51,047 bases of DNA from Salpingoeca rosetta (GCA_033442325.1 JAWQFM010000005.1:955690-1006736); one strand, 5' to 3'; counted from the stretch's first letter, positions 31,511 through 44,158 are shown. Made by a program: numbers and translations. The notes: generated by a model from the letters alone, not told the origin.

Positions 31511-33669
31511 ATGGGCACAGAGTAAGTAGTACCACCTTTGACGTTTTCGTGTGCGTCGGTTGTGTGCGTGATGTGTTGTGGAGGGGTCCTCTTCTTTTTC
31601 GTTGCTTTGGAAGGGGGAATGTCGCACCACCTTCACATCCCATCATGTCGCACCTTCGACACTTGCGTCGGTCGACGTGCACACAATTGCAACACACACG
31701 CACCCAATTGCATCACAAACACACACACACACAACACACATGCACACACACACAACACACACACACACACCACACATGCACACACTCACAGGGCATCAAG
31801 TCTGAAGACCTCCAGCACTTGCAACGGCCTTGGAGATTCGCGAGGCGATGAAGGCAGGCTGGCACATGTGCAAGGGAGATTGCAAGAACTCACGGGGACA
31901 ACGACCTTCGATTTGGAATGCCCTTATGCTCGCACGTGCTGGGAGCTGCTGGCCCTGTACGCAGACATCCCCGCAGAGAGGTTCAACCACCGCCACGACG
32001 TGTGCTACTGCAAGGAGTCTTGCTGTCCAACCCCACGCAAGACGCGCCTGAAAACAGGCGGCTGCCCACAAGGCTGGGTCCGGTTTGCCCTCAGCGTTAA
32101 CGAGACAATCTGTGAGGCCCGCAAGGTGTTCAACCACTGGCACAAGTGCTTCCACGGCACCACGCTGCGCGCCCTCGACTCCATTGTCGAGATCAGCCAG
32201 CTCCTCAAGCCGGGAAGCGAACTGCCGGACGGAACCGTGATTGGCACGCGCGACGGCCACATCCCACATGCCTTTGGCGTGCAGCCGGCCAACGCCCCCA
32301 TTGAACACAACTACACCAACATGCGCCACATGTGCGTGGCCCCTAACAAGACCATCTTCGTCTCGCCCAGCATCAACTACGCCGCGCACCGGGCCTACGC
32401 AGAGCCCGTGTACGTCGACCGCGACACCCGCATGACCGTTGTGCTGGAATGCCGCATGTGTCCAAGGGCATACAGCGCATCCGCCAGCACCGTGCGCGAG
32501 CACGTCGCCGACGACTACGTGTCTGCAGACGGCATGGAGTGGACTACCGAGCTCAACAACGTTCATTACATCACAGGTGTGCTGGTGAAGGTGGAGAAGC
32601 TTCAGCACCGAGTGCCGGCTGCCAGAGTCATGCCTGGCAGGCACACGCTCGCCACCTCCCCGCTCGTGTGCACACCGGAGGCTGTCGCTCGCCACACCCT
32701 GAGATCCCATCGCCGCAGCCTGCACCTCCTTGCCGTGCTTGATGGCACAATGCCATTCTCGCTGAAGTGCGAGTATGCAAAGCGATGCTGGAGTGCACTC
32801 ACCACGCTGGCCGATACGCACCGCATCGACCCGCGCTTCTTCAACCACACCTACTCTCGCTGCTACTGCGCATCGTGCCTTCCAAAGTCCGACAAGGGCG
32901 CGGTGTTTCGCCGTGGTGACAAGCCATACCAGCTGCCGGAAGGCTGGGTGCGTATTGGCCTCCAGGTCACTCACACCCACGCCCGCGCCACGAAGCTTTG
33001 GGAAACCTCCCACGTCTGCTACCACGGCACCTCCATTGGGTACAGCTTCGAGTAGTGGTGCTTTGGTGTCTTGCGTCTTGCTCCCGTTAATTTCTCGCCT
33101 TGGGCCGAGGTCATCACCCATGTTTCTTTGTTCAAGGTACAAAAACCAAACTGCACACCCCACGCGCACTCACACATGCACACGCTCATACATACACACG
33201 CTCACACATGCACGCACTCATGCATGCACACACACACACGTACAGGGCACTCAAACCCATCATCGAAGGGGGAGAGATTCTGCCGCCAGGAGAAGTCAAC
33301 GTGACGCACACGCACATTATTCCGCGCGACGATGAGGACAACCCACGTGAAGGCCGCCTGCCAACCGTCTACACCACGCCCGCACACAACCTGGATCGCA
33401 TCCACAAGTCCGTCTTCGTGTCCCCCTCGGTCGCCTATGCGTCCTCAAGCACGTATGCGGAGCGCTACTACTGGCCAGGCGGCCGCCAGTTTCTGGTGCC
33501 CGTGTTGCAAACCCGCATCCGCCCTGACACGTACGATGTGCGGTCGTCCACGCTGAGGGACACGCCACACGACCCATGCTACTCCGCGGATGAGATGGAA
33601 TGGTACACCCCTCGACGAGGGGTCATCCAGATCTACGGGCTTCTGCTCAAGCTTCATCCCGCTCAATGA
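31511..33669 (+). CDS. Tandem NEURL4-type ADP-ribosyltransferase (two H-Y-E ART domains), predicted N-myristoylated, ~560 aa
   Basis: Exons 31511-31521, 31792-33039, 33246-33669 (1683 nt, in frame). Each domain shows CxY...CW...FNH...CYC..C...P.GWVR.....(F/Y)HGT...L..I...FVSPS..YA....YAE...VL..R..P..Y....ST......D...S...MEW.T.......G.L.K, matching the C-terminal PARP-like domain of NEURL4. Confidence 0.85.
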
Positions 33670-34494
33670 ATACCAACATGCAGACATGCTACTGCGACAA
33701 CAACATGTTCATGTGTGTAGATGTGTGCGTGCGGATTGTTTGTGCGTGCTGTGCATGTGTGTGTGTGCGTGTGTGGATGTGTGTCTGCATCTGAGCCAAA
33801 CGTGATCTTCAAGTAAACCATAGCGATGCGATCCCTTGATGGTATGATGTGGTGAGGCGGTGGGTACAGACGCGTGACGAGGCAACGAGAAGAAAAAGAA
33901 CAAGAAGAAGAGGTAGGGGCAACGAGTGCAGCGATGACTAGCATTCTAGTCGTGGTGACGAAGTTAAGAAACACCACGAGGAGATGAGGAGACGAAAGAC
34001 AGACACACGCACACTTGGGCCCGTACCAGGCAGCCAGAAGCTACGAGAGTACGAGTCGTGTGTCACGCTCGACCAAGTTGGTGGCCCAACTGATGAGTCA
34101 GCCATTGCCAGCGGCGCACACGTGAGCAAGTGTTTGTCGCGTGCGAAGATGTACAAGGAAACGCTCACACATGTGTGCACAAATCCGAATGTGACTCACC
34201 ACTTTTGTGTGTGTCAGACTCAAAGATGCCAGTGTAAGTTCTCACGATACCATTCTGCTTCTGACAGTGCACTTCTGTGTGTGTGTGTATGTATGTGTGT
34301 GTGTGTGTGCTTCTGACACACACCACCTCATAACTACGTGTCTTGCTCCTCTTCCTCCTTTTTCCTCCTCTTCTGCTTGCTTCATTTTCATCAGCCCAGC
34401 TTAGCAGCTTCCACCTTCTCATTGACAGCACTATCGTCGTCATCATCATCTTCATCACCAACACCATCACCGTTGTCCCACACCCCACGAGACC

Positions 34495-35518
34495 ATGACA
34501 GAACGTCTTCGATACTCTGGACGCACCCCTCAAGAGCAAGAGGAGTACCTGGCTCAACAGCCAGACTGCCTGCCGGTCCAGCTCGAGCGCCTGCAGGTTT
34601 GTTGTGTTGTGTGTGTGTGTGTGTGTGCGTGTAGGTGCGTGTGTGTGTGTGTGTGTGTGTGGGTGTGTGGTGTGTTGTGTGTGTGTTGTGTGTGTGTGTA
34701 TGTGTGTGTGGGTTTTGGGTGTGTGTTGTGTGTGTGTGTGTGTGTGTGTGTGTTGGGTGTGTGTGTGTGTGTTGGGTGTGCGTGCGTTTGTGCATTTGTG
34801 CATGTTCCAGCCTGTGCCAGTCTGTGCTTGCCATGCCAATGTTGATCCGTTCGTTCTCAATGAAGCACCCAGTCCTTCCTCACCCACAGCTTCCTGCTTC
34901 CCCTCCCCCTCCCCCTCCCTCGCCCAACATGACCAGGTGCATCTGGAGAGTGCGAAAACCACTGGGCACGTTGACCGTGGGTTTGTGGAGGAACGCTTGC
35001 GCCAGATTGATGAGCTGGTGACCCAAAATGCCTCCGCCCTCCTCCGTCCGCAGGAGCAGGACAAGTTCCGGGAACTGTTTCAGCAGCTGCGCAGCCGAGG
35101 CTTTGACATTGAGGGCGTGCGCACCATGCTGAAGGACTGCAACGACGCCCTGTTCATTGTGCGCCCGTTTGCCGTCCACAGGACGGAGGAGATTGTCAAG
35201 GAGACCATGGCCAACAATGACGCCGTGCCTTGGAAGGGGCGGGCTTGCATCATGCTGCTGGGTGCGTCCAGTGCTGGCAAGACCACAACAGGCCTGTATC
35301 TGACCGGATACGACATGGAGCTGCGAGAGGAAGACGGCTACACGTACCCTGGGCCAGCGCCTGATCAAGACATGCCCATTCCGGAGCAAGCCTGCGTGCA
35401 GCCTCGACCACACGCGGAAACGTCGTGTGTGTACGTCGTTGGGGCGCTACCGGGCGACCGCCTTCGCCCCTATGGATATCGCGGCGAGGGCACCGAAGTC
35501 CTGGTCCTCGACACCCCT

Positions 35519-35585
<67 letters not shown>

Positions 35586-37745
35586 CAGCATGTGTTTGTG
35601 TGTGTATTTCTGTTTGTGTTGTGCAGGATGAGGTCTCAGTCCATGCACGCTCTCGCACTGCGTTGTTGGAAGTTGCGCCATCTGCTCCTCTGGCTTCACT
35701 GGCTTCCCTCCGCACTTTGTTTTGTTTGTATTCTCCCACCACGAACGATTAATGCTCACGCTACACGTATGAACATGCGTGTGACGGTGTGCACTTGCTT
35801 GGCTGCTTCAGGCTTGAACGATGACCTTGGAGCAGCGGTAGACCTTGCCAACCTGCTGACGATCCGCCACAGCTTGGAGGAGGCAGGCGAGGTGTACCCC
35901 GTGCTTCTGCTGCCGAATGAGGGCGGAAACATGGACACGACGCGCCGCTGCCTGCACACGCTGATCAAGCTGTTTGCCAACCCAACGCAAGCGGTGCGAC
36001 GGTGCACGTTCCTGTTCACCCGCAACACGGACACCGCGGATGCCATCCCCAACCTCAAGGCATCCGTGGCGGTGCTGCATGAGGACGCCGCGACGCTGCC
36101 GGTCGATGACCCCTTCCGGGCGGCTGTCAACGAGCTGCACGCACGCCTGCAGGAAGAAACAACGGCAGACCTCGCGCCGCCACATCACACACTTGCGCGC
36201 GATCTTTGCGTGGTGCGGCCGCTGGACCGCACGCGCATCGACGACCACCTGCGACAGATTGTGAGTCGCGGAGGCATCACCAACCGCGAGCTCAACCAAG
36301 ACCTACAGCTTCCAGATGCAGCCAGCGATTGCGTGAGCAACGAAGTGCAGTGCATCGAGCACGTGATCAGCAGCCTGTGTGCAGGCCAGCAGGCCAAGGA
36401 TCTGCGCGTTGTGCTGTTCCAGCTGTGGCGCCTGCGCAGGCTGCATGCGCTGGTGCCGCTGCCGTACGTGAAGAGCGCCCTCGGTCGGTGCAAGACTGAC
36501 ACGAACAAGCTCCTGCAGTTTCTGCGCGACAAGGTGCAGGCGCAGCTGGAGGTGGCTGCGCAGGACACGCAATCGGCCATTGGCGATGAGCTGACTGCGC
36601 TGCTGACGACGTTCAAGAACGACCTTGCGTACGCGCGGGATGATGGCATGGAGCACGCGCTGTTTGCGTCGCTCGCCTCCTACCCAGACCTGCTGGAGCC
36701 GCACATTGCTGCACTGAAGGAGGTCAACGACAACTGCATGAGGACCCCAGAGAACGCAAGGGTGCTGTCCGTGCGGCTGTTCAAGCTGTACGAGCTGTGC
36801 AGCCTGCTGCCGCCTGACCGTGCGACACTGGCGCACGCGTACATTGCCGCTGGCCAGCGGCTTGTGGCTGTTGTTGCTCGGAGGCAGGCCATCTGCGTTG
36901 GGGCGTTGCAGTCCGACACGGTGGGAGAGCGCGGCAACAGCGTCGCTCTGCTGCTGGCCTGTGTTGCGCTGCTGTCCCGTCACTTTGAGCTGAAGGGCGA
37001 CGACCTTGTGCCCAACGAGCGCCGCCCTGATTCTCGCGATCCACAGCAAGACCGCACGCAGCTCACATCACGCCTTGGGCGGTGGTACTCTGCCTTTCAA
37101 GGTGCCTTGCAACAACACATCCGTGAGGCATGTGCAAAGGCCATCCATACGCTGAACAACGCCGAGATTCCGGTTGCCGAGGAGCCGAGCCGAAACGGCG
37201 CCGTGCTGGAGGCGTTTCGGCTGGTTCGCAGCGTCCATGACTGCCCGCAGCTGCTGGATGTGGTGACGCAGGAGTTCATGACACAACAACGTACGGACTG
37301 CATCGAGGCCGTCAACGACTTCATTCGCAGGGCAGAAGGGTACATGCTACAGCTCGCCACCTCCCATCGGGTCAATGACACACCTGACATGGTTCAAGCT
37401 TTCCGTCAGGGCGTTGCCTTTGAGACGTTTGAGGAGGAAGAGATCAAAAGGCGGGTGGACAGCTTCAAGCAGACTGGACAGCGAAGGCTGGAGGAGGTGC
37501 ACAGCCAACTCGGCAACAGTGCGGGCTTGGTTGCAACTGTACTGCACGAGGTTCTCGGCGTTCTTTTGCCACAGCAACATCGAGAACAGCAACAGCAACA
37601 GCAGCAGCCACAGCAGCAGCCACAGCAGCAGCCACAGCAGCAGGCGGGTGAACTGCTTTCAACGAAGATGAAGCGGGTGCTTGCTGCAATCCTGATTGCT
37701 GTTCTCGCCATGATCCTCGTCAACTTCAAGGGTACCTCACAGTAG
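34495..37745 (+). CDS. TRAFAC P-loop GTPase (AIG1/GIMAP/septin-like G domain), long helical body and C-terminal TM anchor, ~872 aa
   Basis: Exons 34495-34596, 34937-35519, 35812-37745 (2619 nt, in frame). G1 IMLLGASSAGKTT, G2 HAETS, G3 VLDTPG(LND), G4-like FLFTR. Poly-Q tract, then KMKR-VLAAILIAVLAMILVNF-KGTSQ*. Confidence 0.8.
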
Positions 37746-38229
37746 AGAATCCACTGCGCGTGGATGCGTGCGTGTGCGTGTGGTGTGAATGCGAAGGTGC
37801 CTGGCGGTTTGCTTGAATGCACCCGCGAGCTGTTCCTACTTGCTGGTACCTCAGGTGCTGCAACTGTGCTCCTTGCTTGTTTCTTTCAATCGTGTTGCTC
37901 CTTCTTTCCGTCCGCCTACAACCAACAACATAGATAGTTCTTTCCAACCAACCAAGCTGCTGATGTACTCGTAATGATGTGGCGATGGTGTTCTTCTCAT
38001 TTGAAGTACACACGAAACAAACAAACAACCAAACACACAAACATATACACAGTACACACGCACACACACACACACTCGCACACACACCCTCACACACACT
38101 CACGCATGCACCGCCTTTTGAATTTGGCGCGGATCGATTCCACGAAAGACATTCAAAGATTTTCCGCAGCCCATATCGCGCACGTTGTTTGCTTCTTGAC
38201 ACCCAAGTCACTCGCACACGAATCCAGCC

Positions 38230-39408
38230 ATGGCTAGCCGGGCGCAGAAGCTTGTGTGGGAGGAGCGTGAGCGCCAGCGCAAGCGGCAGAGAAAGGGGAA
38301 GCGTGCGGCAGACACAGAGGACGAGCAGGCGCAACAGGAGAAGGAGCGCAAAGCAGAAGAGGAAGAGCGGTTGAAACGGCAGCAAGAGAAGCGGGCGAAA
38401 CGGGAGCAGCGCAAGCAGGAGAAGATGAAGGAGGACGAGGCCATGACCCCGGAGGTGCGGGAGAGGCTGCGCTTGTTGGCGCGCTATCAAGCAAAAGCGC
38501 TGGAGGCACACAACTACCTTCTGCTCTGGAAGACGGATCGGGAAGCCTGGAAGTTTAAGAAGCACCACCAAACTGTGAGTTTGCTGCGCCTGCAATCCGT
38601 AGTGTCGGGACTTGACGCATGTGTCAGCACATCTGCGGTGTTCGGATTCGTGTTCAACATCCAAGCATGTCACTTGAATGTGCACAATATGGCGATAGTC
38701 AAAGTTTCATGTGGGGCCCTTTGAGTGCCCATGTTGCTTCATCTGCAATTGGGTACAGATTGCACACATGCAGCTCGTTGTTCACCATCCTCGTACACAC
38801 ACACACACACTCTCTCTCTCATTTGCTCACACACACACACAAACTCATTTGCTCACACTCATGTATCCACATACCCACGCATGCGCCAACAGTTTCTCCT
38901 CAAGCACATGTTCAACCCATACGTGGTAAGACGCGTATGCATTTGAAACCCCCCTGCTGTGTGTGTGTTGCTGTGCAAGCACGCACGCTCGTACATGCAC
39001 ACAGACACACACACACACATGTACGCACACACGTACGCATACGTACGCACACACACACATACACACACACACACAAACGTACACACACACACACATTCAA
39101 ACCCTATGACTCTTTCTCATCATGCGCTCCATCGTGCGTGTGTGCAGGTGGACCAGATGGCGTTTGACATTCTGATGGAATACATTGGAGGGCTGCAAGG
39201 CAGGAGCGTGGATGCAACCGTCAAGGCGGCGCAGACGAAGCTCGAGGAAGACGAGGTGCAAGAGGAGGTGTTGAGCGATGCAGAGGTGGTGTTTAACCGA
39301 TTCTCCGAGGGGAAGCCGTTCACAGAGGCGGTGAAAGCCAAGTTTGCCAGCACCCTCACACAGCTCATCCACAAGCGCGCGCGCAGCGTGCTCCAGGTGC
39401 TGCTGTAA
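38230..39408 (+). CDS. WKF-domain (DUF2373; C7orf50/Rbp95-like) protein
   Basis: K/E/R-rich N-terminus; [23 protein letters not shown] / [11 protein letters not shown] (mini-exon ~38892-38924) / [18 protein letters not shown]...[11 protein letters not shown]. Confidence 0.85.
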
Positions 39409-39646
39409 CAGACGTATTGCAATCCTTTGCGTGGCGGTTGGCGTTATGTCACATACACATGCACAGTGAAGCGAAAAGTACTCGAGTGAACAACAAATGT
39501 GCATGTGCGTGATGCTTCGGTCATGCTCGTTTGGATGTGAGGCTGGGCGTTCGTTTACTCGTTATCATTGCCATGAAGGGTACCGTAAATAAACACACAC
39601 AAGGAGCAAGCAAGAAGGGGCGCAATGTAGGGTTGCACAGAAGCAT

Positions 39647-39743
<97 letters not shown>

Positions 39744-39807
39744 ACGCACACACACCTCACGTCTCTTTGCAGAGTACCACCGTCAAAGACACCACCCAAG
39801 AGGTGTT

Positions 39808-40902
39808 TCAAGGCGGAAGCAGCCCGGACATCTCACATATGCTGGCACGAACCTGATCCAACCCTTTCCTCTGCTTTGCACTGCACACAGAGCAACACGC
39901 GCATGGATAACGTGGTAGTATGGATAACGTGATAGTATGAGTGACAAACTTGCGACCGCGCGTCGTTGTTGTTCAACACAAAGCCCGGGAAGGTGACTAA
40001 GACCTACACACACACACACAGACACACACACACACACACAGACATGCACGCACACACGCACACAGACACAGACAGACACACACAGACACACACAGACACA
40101 CACACACAAACATGTACGCACAAACCTGACTGGCTGGACGAGCACTGGGGAGGTGGCTGGGTTGAATTCTTGTGCACTGAGGGTGAGCGTCTGTTCGCAT
40201 TCAAGGATGCGTTCACGCAGTGGCCCCACCGGCAAGCGGTCGGCTTTTGTCAACAGCACCTGCAGCAGCACAACGAGCAAACCATGAGAGCAGCAGCACA
40301 TGGACTCCCCAAACACACAGTGGTCGCCAAGTTGCGACACCAATCCCTCACACACGCACCCTGTAAGGAATAAAGTGTTCGAGGAGCAAGGAAAAGGCGG
40401 CGAGATCAAGGTCCTTGATGCCCTTCTTTGCATCGATGAGCAAGCAGGCGCAGGCGTGGCCCTGACGGTTGTGGAAGTAGTCGCCGAGCAGCGTCATCTG
40501 ATGCTGGTGGGAACCAAACCCGTATCCCGGCACATCCACGACGCGCAAGTGGCGCTGCCCCTGAAAAAAGTTGAGCATCTTCGTGTGTCCGGGCGTCTTT
40601 GACGTGTATGCGAGCTTTGTTCCAAGCAGGGCGTTGAGCAGCGTCGATTTGCCCACGTTGCTCGCCCCCATCAGCACCACCTCCGCCTGGTCAACGGCTA
40701 GCGGCGGCACGGCGTTCAGCTTCGGCGCAGAGGTCAGGAACTTGAACGGCAGCGTCTCACTCCACAAGGAGCTGACCTTCTGCAGCACCGCTGGCGCGAT
40801 CCCAAGGCTCGCATAGGGATCTGCCAGCTGCAACACCCGGAACGCCAACGCCGTCGGCAGCCTCCCCACTCGCCCACCACCACCGCCACCGCCACGAGGC
40901 AT
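39808..40902 (-). CDS. EngB/YihA/YsxC-family ribosome-biogenesis GTPase (GTPBP8-like)
   Basis: FLTSA, EVVLMGASNVGKSTLLNAL, AYTSKTPGHTKMLNFF, VVDVPGYGF, LLIDAKKG, VLLTKADRL, VSAKQRKGLDQVR; three exons. Confidence 0.92.
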
Positions 40903-41074
40903 CCTCCTTCCTGTCGTTTGCTCGTTGTTGTTGCTGGTGTGAGTCCTGTCTGGACGTTTGTCTGAAAATATGGCAAATCGTCACAATCCACACAGCGGCA
41001 CATCTCTCACATCTCATCTCAACTGCACCTCATTCGCGCTTTCACCTCACCTCACCCCCATCCTGTTCGCAGCC

Positions 41075-41716
41075 ATGTGCATTGCCTTCCTTGCGTGGAA
41101 TGCGCCTGGACGCTATGCGCTTGTGATTGCCAACAACAGGGATGAATTCTACGCTCGTCCAACAAGCCAATGCCACTGGTGGCCCGAGCATCCCAACGTT
41201 CTTGGAGGTAGCGTGCATGTGTGTGTGCATGCGTGTGCATGTGTGCAAGTGCGCATGCGCATGTGTGTGTGTGTGTGTGCATTGTGTGTGTGCACGCGTG
41301 TGTGTGTGCATAGTGTGTGCGCGCATGTGTGTGAGGATGGCTTGTTGACCACCCTTCCGCTCATGTGGTCGCATCATCTTTCTCTTCTCCATTTTCCTTC
41401 ACGTTGCCTCAAATCACTGTCTTGTGCTTGTGTCGCTGCAATTGAGGTTACGATATGCAGGAAGGCCGGCCAAAGCACGGCACTTGGATGGGTACGTCTG
41501 CTTGCGTATGTGTGTGTGTCTCTGTATGTGTCTTTCTCTGTCTCTGTCTCTGTCCCTCCCACTCTCTTCCCCCGTCTCTCTCTGTTTGCAACTTGCTCCG
41601 TTCGTAGCAGCCAGAGCCCACCCAAGATTGAGTCCATGTCACACGCGCGACTGTATGTGTTCATTTGGTTGAGGCTGCTTGAAATATCAAGGCGTGAGAA
41701 ACGAACCGCACAGCAT

Positions 41717-41765
<49 letters not shown>

Positions 41766-42434
41766 TGAACTCAAACTCAAATCTCCAACTCAAGCTCACC
41801 TTGCTGAGGCTGACGTTCATGGCCCCAACACCACGATACCACTTGAATACACTTTGCATGCCACGCGCTAGGAATCACACGCCAGGGCCGGGTGGGGGTG
41901 CTGACAAACGTGCGGGGCTTGCACGACGACGAAAGCCCTCGCGGCCGAGGTGAACTTGTTCGGGACTTCCTCGTCCATCCACATGTGACCCCATGGGATT
42001 ACTGCGAGCGCGTCGCCAAGCATGACCGGGACTACGGAGGTAAACAAGAAGAAGAAGAACAACAACAACAACTCGTCCGACACGCAGCTGTCGCCGTACA
42101 CCACACCAAGCACACGCATCAACTGGGGCGCATGTTTTTGACTCGAGCAATTTGGTGTTGTGTCGTTGACCTCGCTTTTCTCCGACAACCGCACTTCCTC
42201 ACCATCGTATTCGCCACTGTCTGCTTACATTTCTCATTGTTTGCTTGCCTCGGGTGTACTTTGGCCAGGGTTTAATCTGCTGCTGTTTGATTTGGCAAAG
42301 CGCACGGAGCCAGCCGCCTACCTCACCAACCGTGGCACATCCAGCGGTATGCGTGCGCGCGTACGGAGAAACGTGGTGACTTGTCGTGGCGAGAGCGGAG
42401 GAGGAGGCGGTGGCGAAGTGGCACCACCACCACC

Positions 42435-42487
<53 letters not shown>

Positions 42488-42510
42488 CTTAAACAACAAC
42501 AACAACAACT

Positions 42511-42607
<97 letters not shown>

Positions 42608-43284
42608 CTTAAACAACAACTTAAATAACAACTTAAACAACAACAACAACTTAAACAACTACAGCAGCAGCAGAAGCAGTCGTGCGAAGACACAGGCTAC
42701 CGCAGCACTACTCATGTGGTGATCACTCATGCATACCCTTCTCCCCTTTTCCTTTTCCTTGCGTCGTGCTAAAACAGGGACTGTCTTGGGCGTACCTGCG
42801 GGCATCCACGGCCTCTCCAACGCCGCCCTCAACATCCCGTGGTTCAAGGTGGAGGTGAGCTGCTCCCTGAAAGAACGAACACGAGTGATATTGGTTCTCT
42901 ACCGCATCCTGCCACCTCTCGCGTGCACACACACACACACACACACACACACACCACGCCACCAGTGTACACGGAATGATGTTATTCTCCCACAATAACA
43001 CCCATATGCACATATCCACATGCACAGCGCGGGAAGTCGCGCATGGCGCAGATGGACTTGAACCTGCCGGAGGAAGAGCTCACGCCACTGCTCTTTGACC
43101 TTTTGTCCGACACGCAAAAGTGAGCCTTTGTTTCATGTTGTCGCGTCTGCTGCCTTCGATGGTTCGAAATGTCGTGCCTAGACTCACATCATGTCCCCCA
43201 CGCACACGAACACATGTCGTGCACTAGACTCACATCATGTCTCCCACGCACACGGACACATGTATGCACACACGCATGCACACA

Positions 43285-43338
<54 letters not shown>

Positions 43339-43718
43339 AACACAAACGCAAACGCAAACGCGCATATACACAAAATCACGCGCGCCGAACAACCCCAAGG
43401 GCGCCGGCGTCGGAGCTGCCACAGACAGGCCTGGGCGATGCCATTGAGCACCACCTGTCCAGCACGATGGTCGACATTGATCCCAGCTTGGGGCTGCCAC
43501 ATCTCGGCAGCGGCTACGGCACACGCGCACAGACCGTGATCCTTGTGGACAAACAAGGCCATGCCGTTGTTTTGGAGCGCGCACGCAACGCAGACGGCTC
43601 CTGGTCTGACCAGAAGTTTGAATTCGACCTGGACACGACAGACACGGCCACAGACGCTTCACAACAGTCATCACAACAACAACCGTCGCAAGAGCACGAA
43701 TCACAACAACACGCATGA
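41075..43718 (+). CDS. TANGO2: TANGO2 (NRDE family)
   Basis: MCIAF..LVIANNRDEFYARPT, GTWMG/ITRQGRVGVLTN, RGELVRDFL, YGG/FNLL, HGLSNAALNIPWFKV, LFDLLSD, YGTRAQTVILVD. Confidence 0.95.
42422..42670. repeat. Compound (CAC)n(CAA)n repeat with CTTAAA interruptions in a TANGO2 intron
   Basis: Directly visible; lies between the donor at ~42348 and the acceptor at ~42777. Confidence 0.9.
43169..43259. repeat. 45/46-bp tandem duplication in a TANGO2 intron
   Basis: ATGTCGTGC(A)CTAGACTCACATCATGTC(C/T)CCCACGCACACG(A/G)ACAC occurs twice. Confidence 0.9.
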
Positions 43719-44158
43719 GCAGTAGCTCACGCCAAGCAGCGTATCGTGGTAAACCGTTGTTGTTGCTGTTGTTGTTTTCTGTGCATGCACAGTGCTGTGT
43801 TTTGTTTACGATCTTGCCCCCCGCCTCCCTGCCCGCCTGTCTTGCGTGTGCGCAGAGCGTGTTATCCCTTGCTTGTATCGTGCCCTGCTTTGCAAAAGTG
43901 GCTGTCATCGAGCCAACTGTGACGAATGAGAGTGACATTCCCGTCACTTGTGAGCGTTGAGTCCCTTCGAATGCGCCCTCCTCTCTTCTCCTCTTCTCCA
44001 TCTCACTCGCCTGAATCGCTTCTTCTTGCTTGCCTTGCTGGCTTGGCTGCATCTCCGCGGTTATTCGCAATATATTTCACCAATTTTCCACATCCGCTGC
44101 GAAAGGCACACGCCGCGAACGAACGAACGAACACACAACTGCTGCTGCACCATCCGCG

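Noticed and set aside
30610-31518. In-frame 300-aa N-terminal extension of the bZIP ORF (727 aa in the track)
   Set aside because: CA-rich, UTR/promoter-like composition overlapping the ART promoter and first exon; MDCIELP at 30609 is the more plausible start.
31538-31791. ORF-track start of the ART protein (MTFSCASVV...)
   Set aside because: Lies within intron 31522-31791; the true start is probably the micro-exon at 31511.
42381-42722. Poly-N/poly-Q/poly-C ORFs suggesting a prion-like protein
   Set aside because: (CAA)n repeat inside a TANGO2 intron whose flanking exons join in frame without it.
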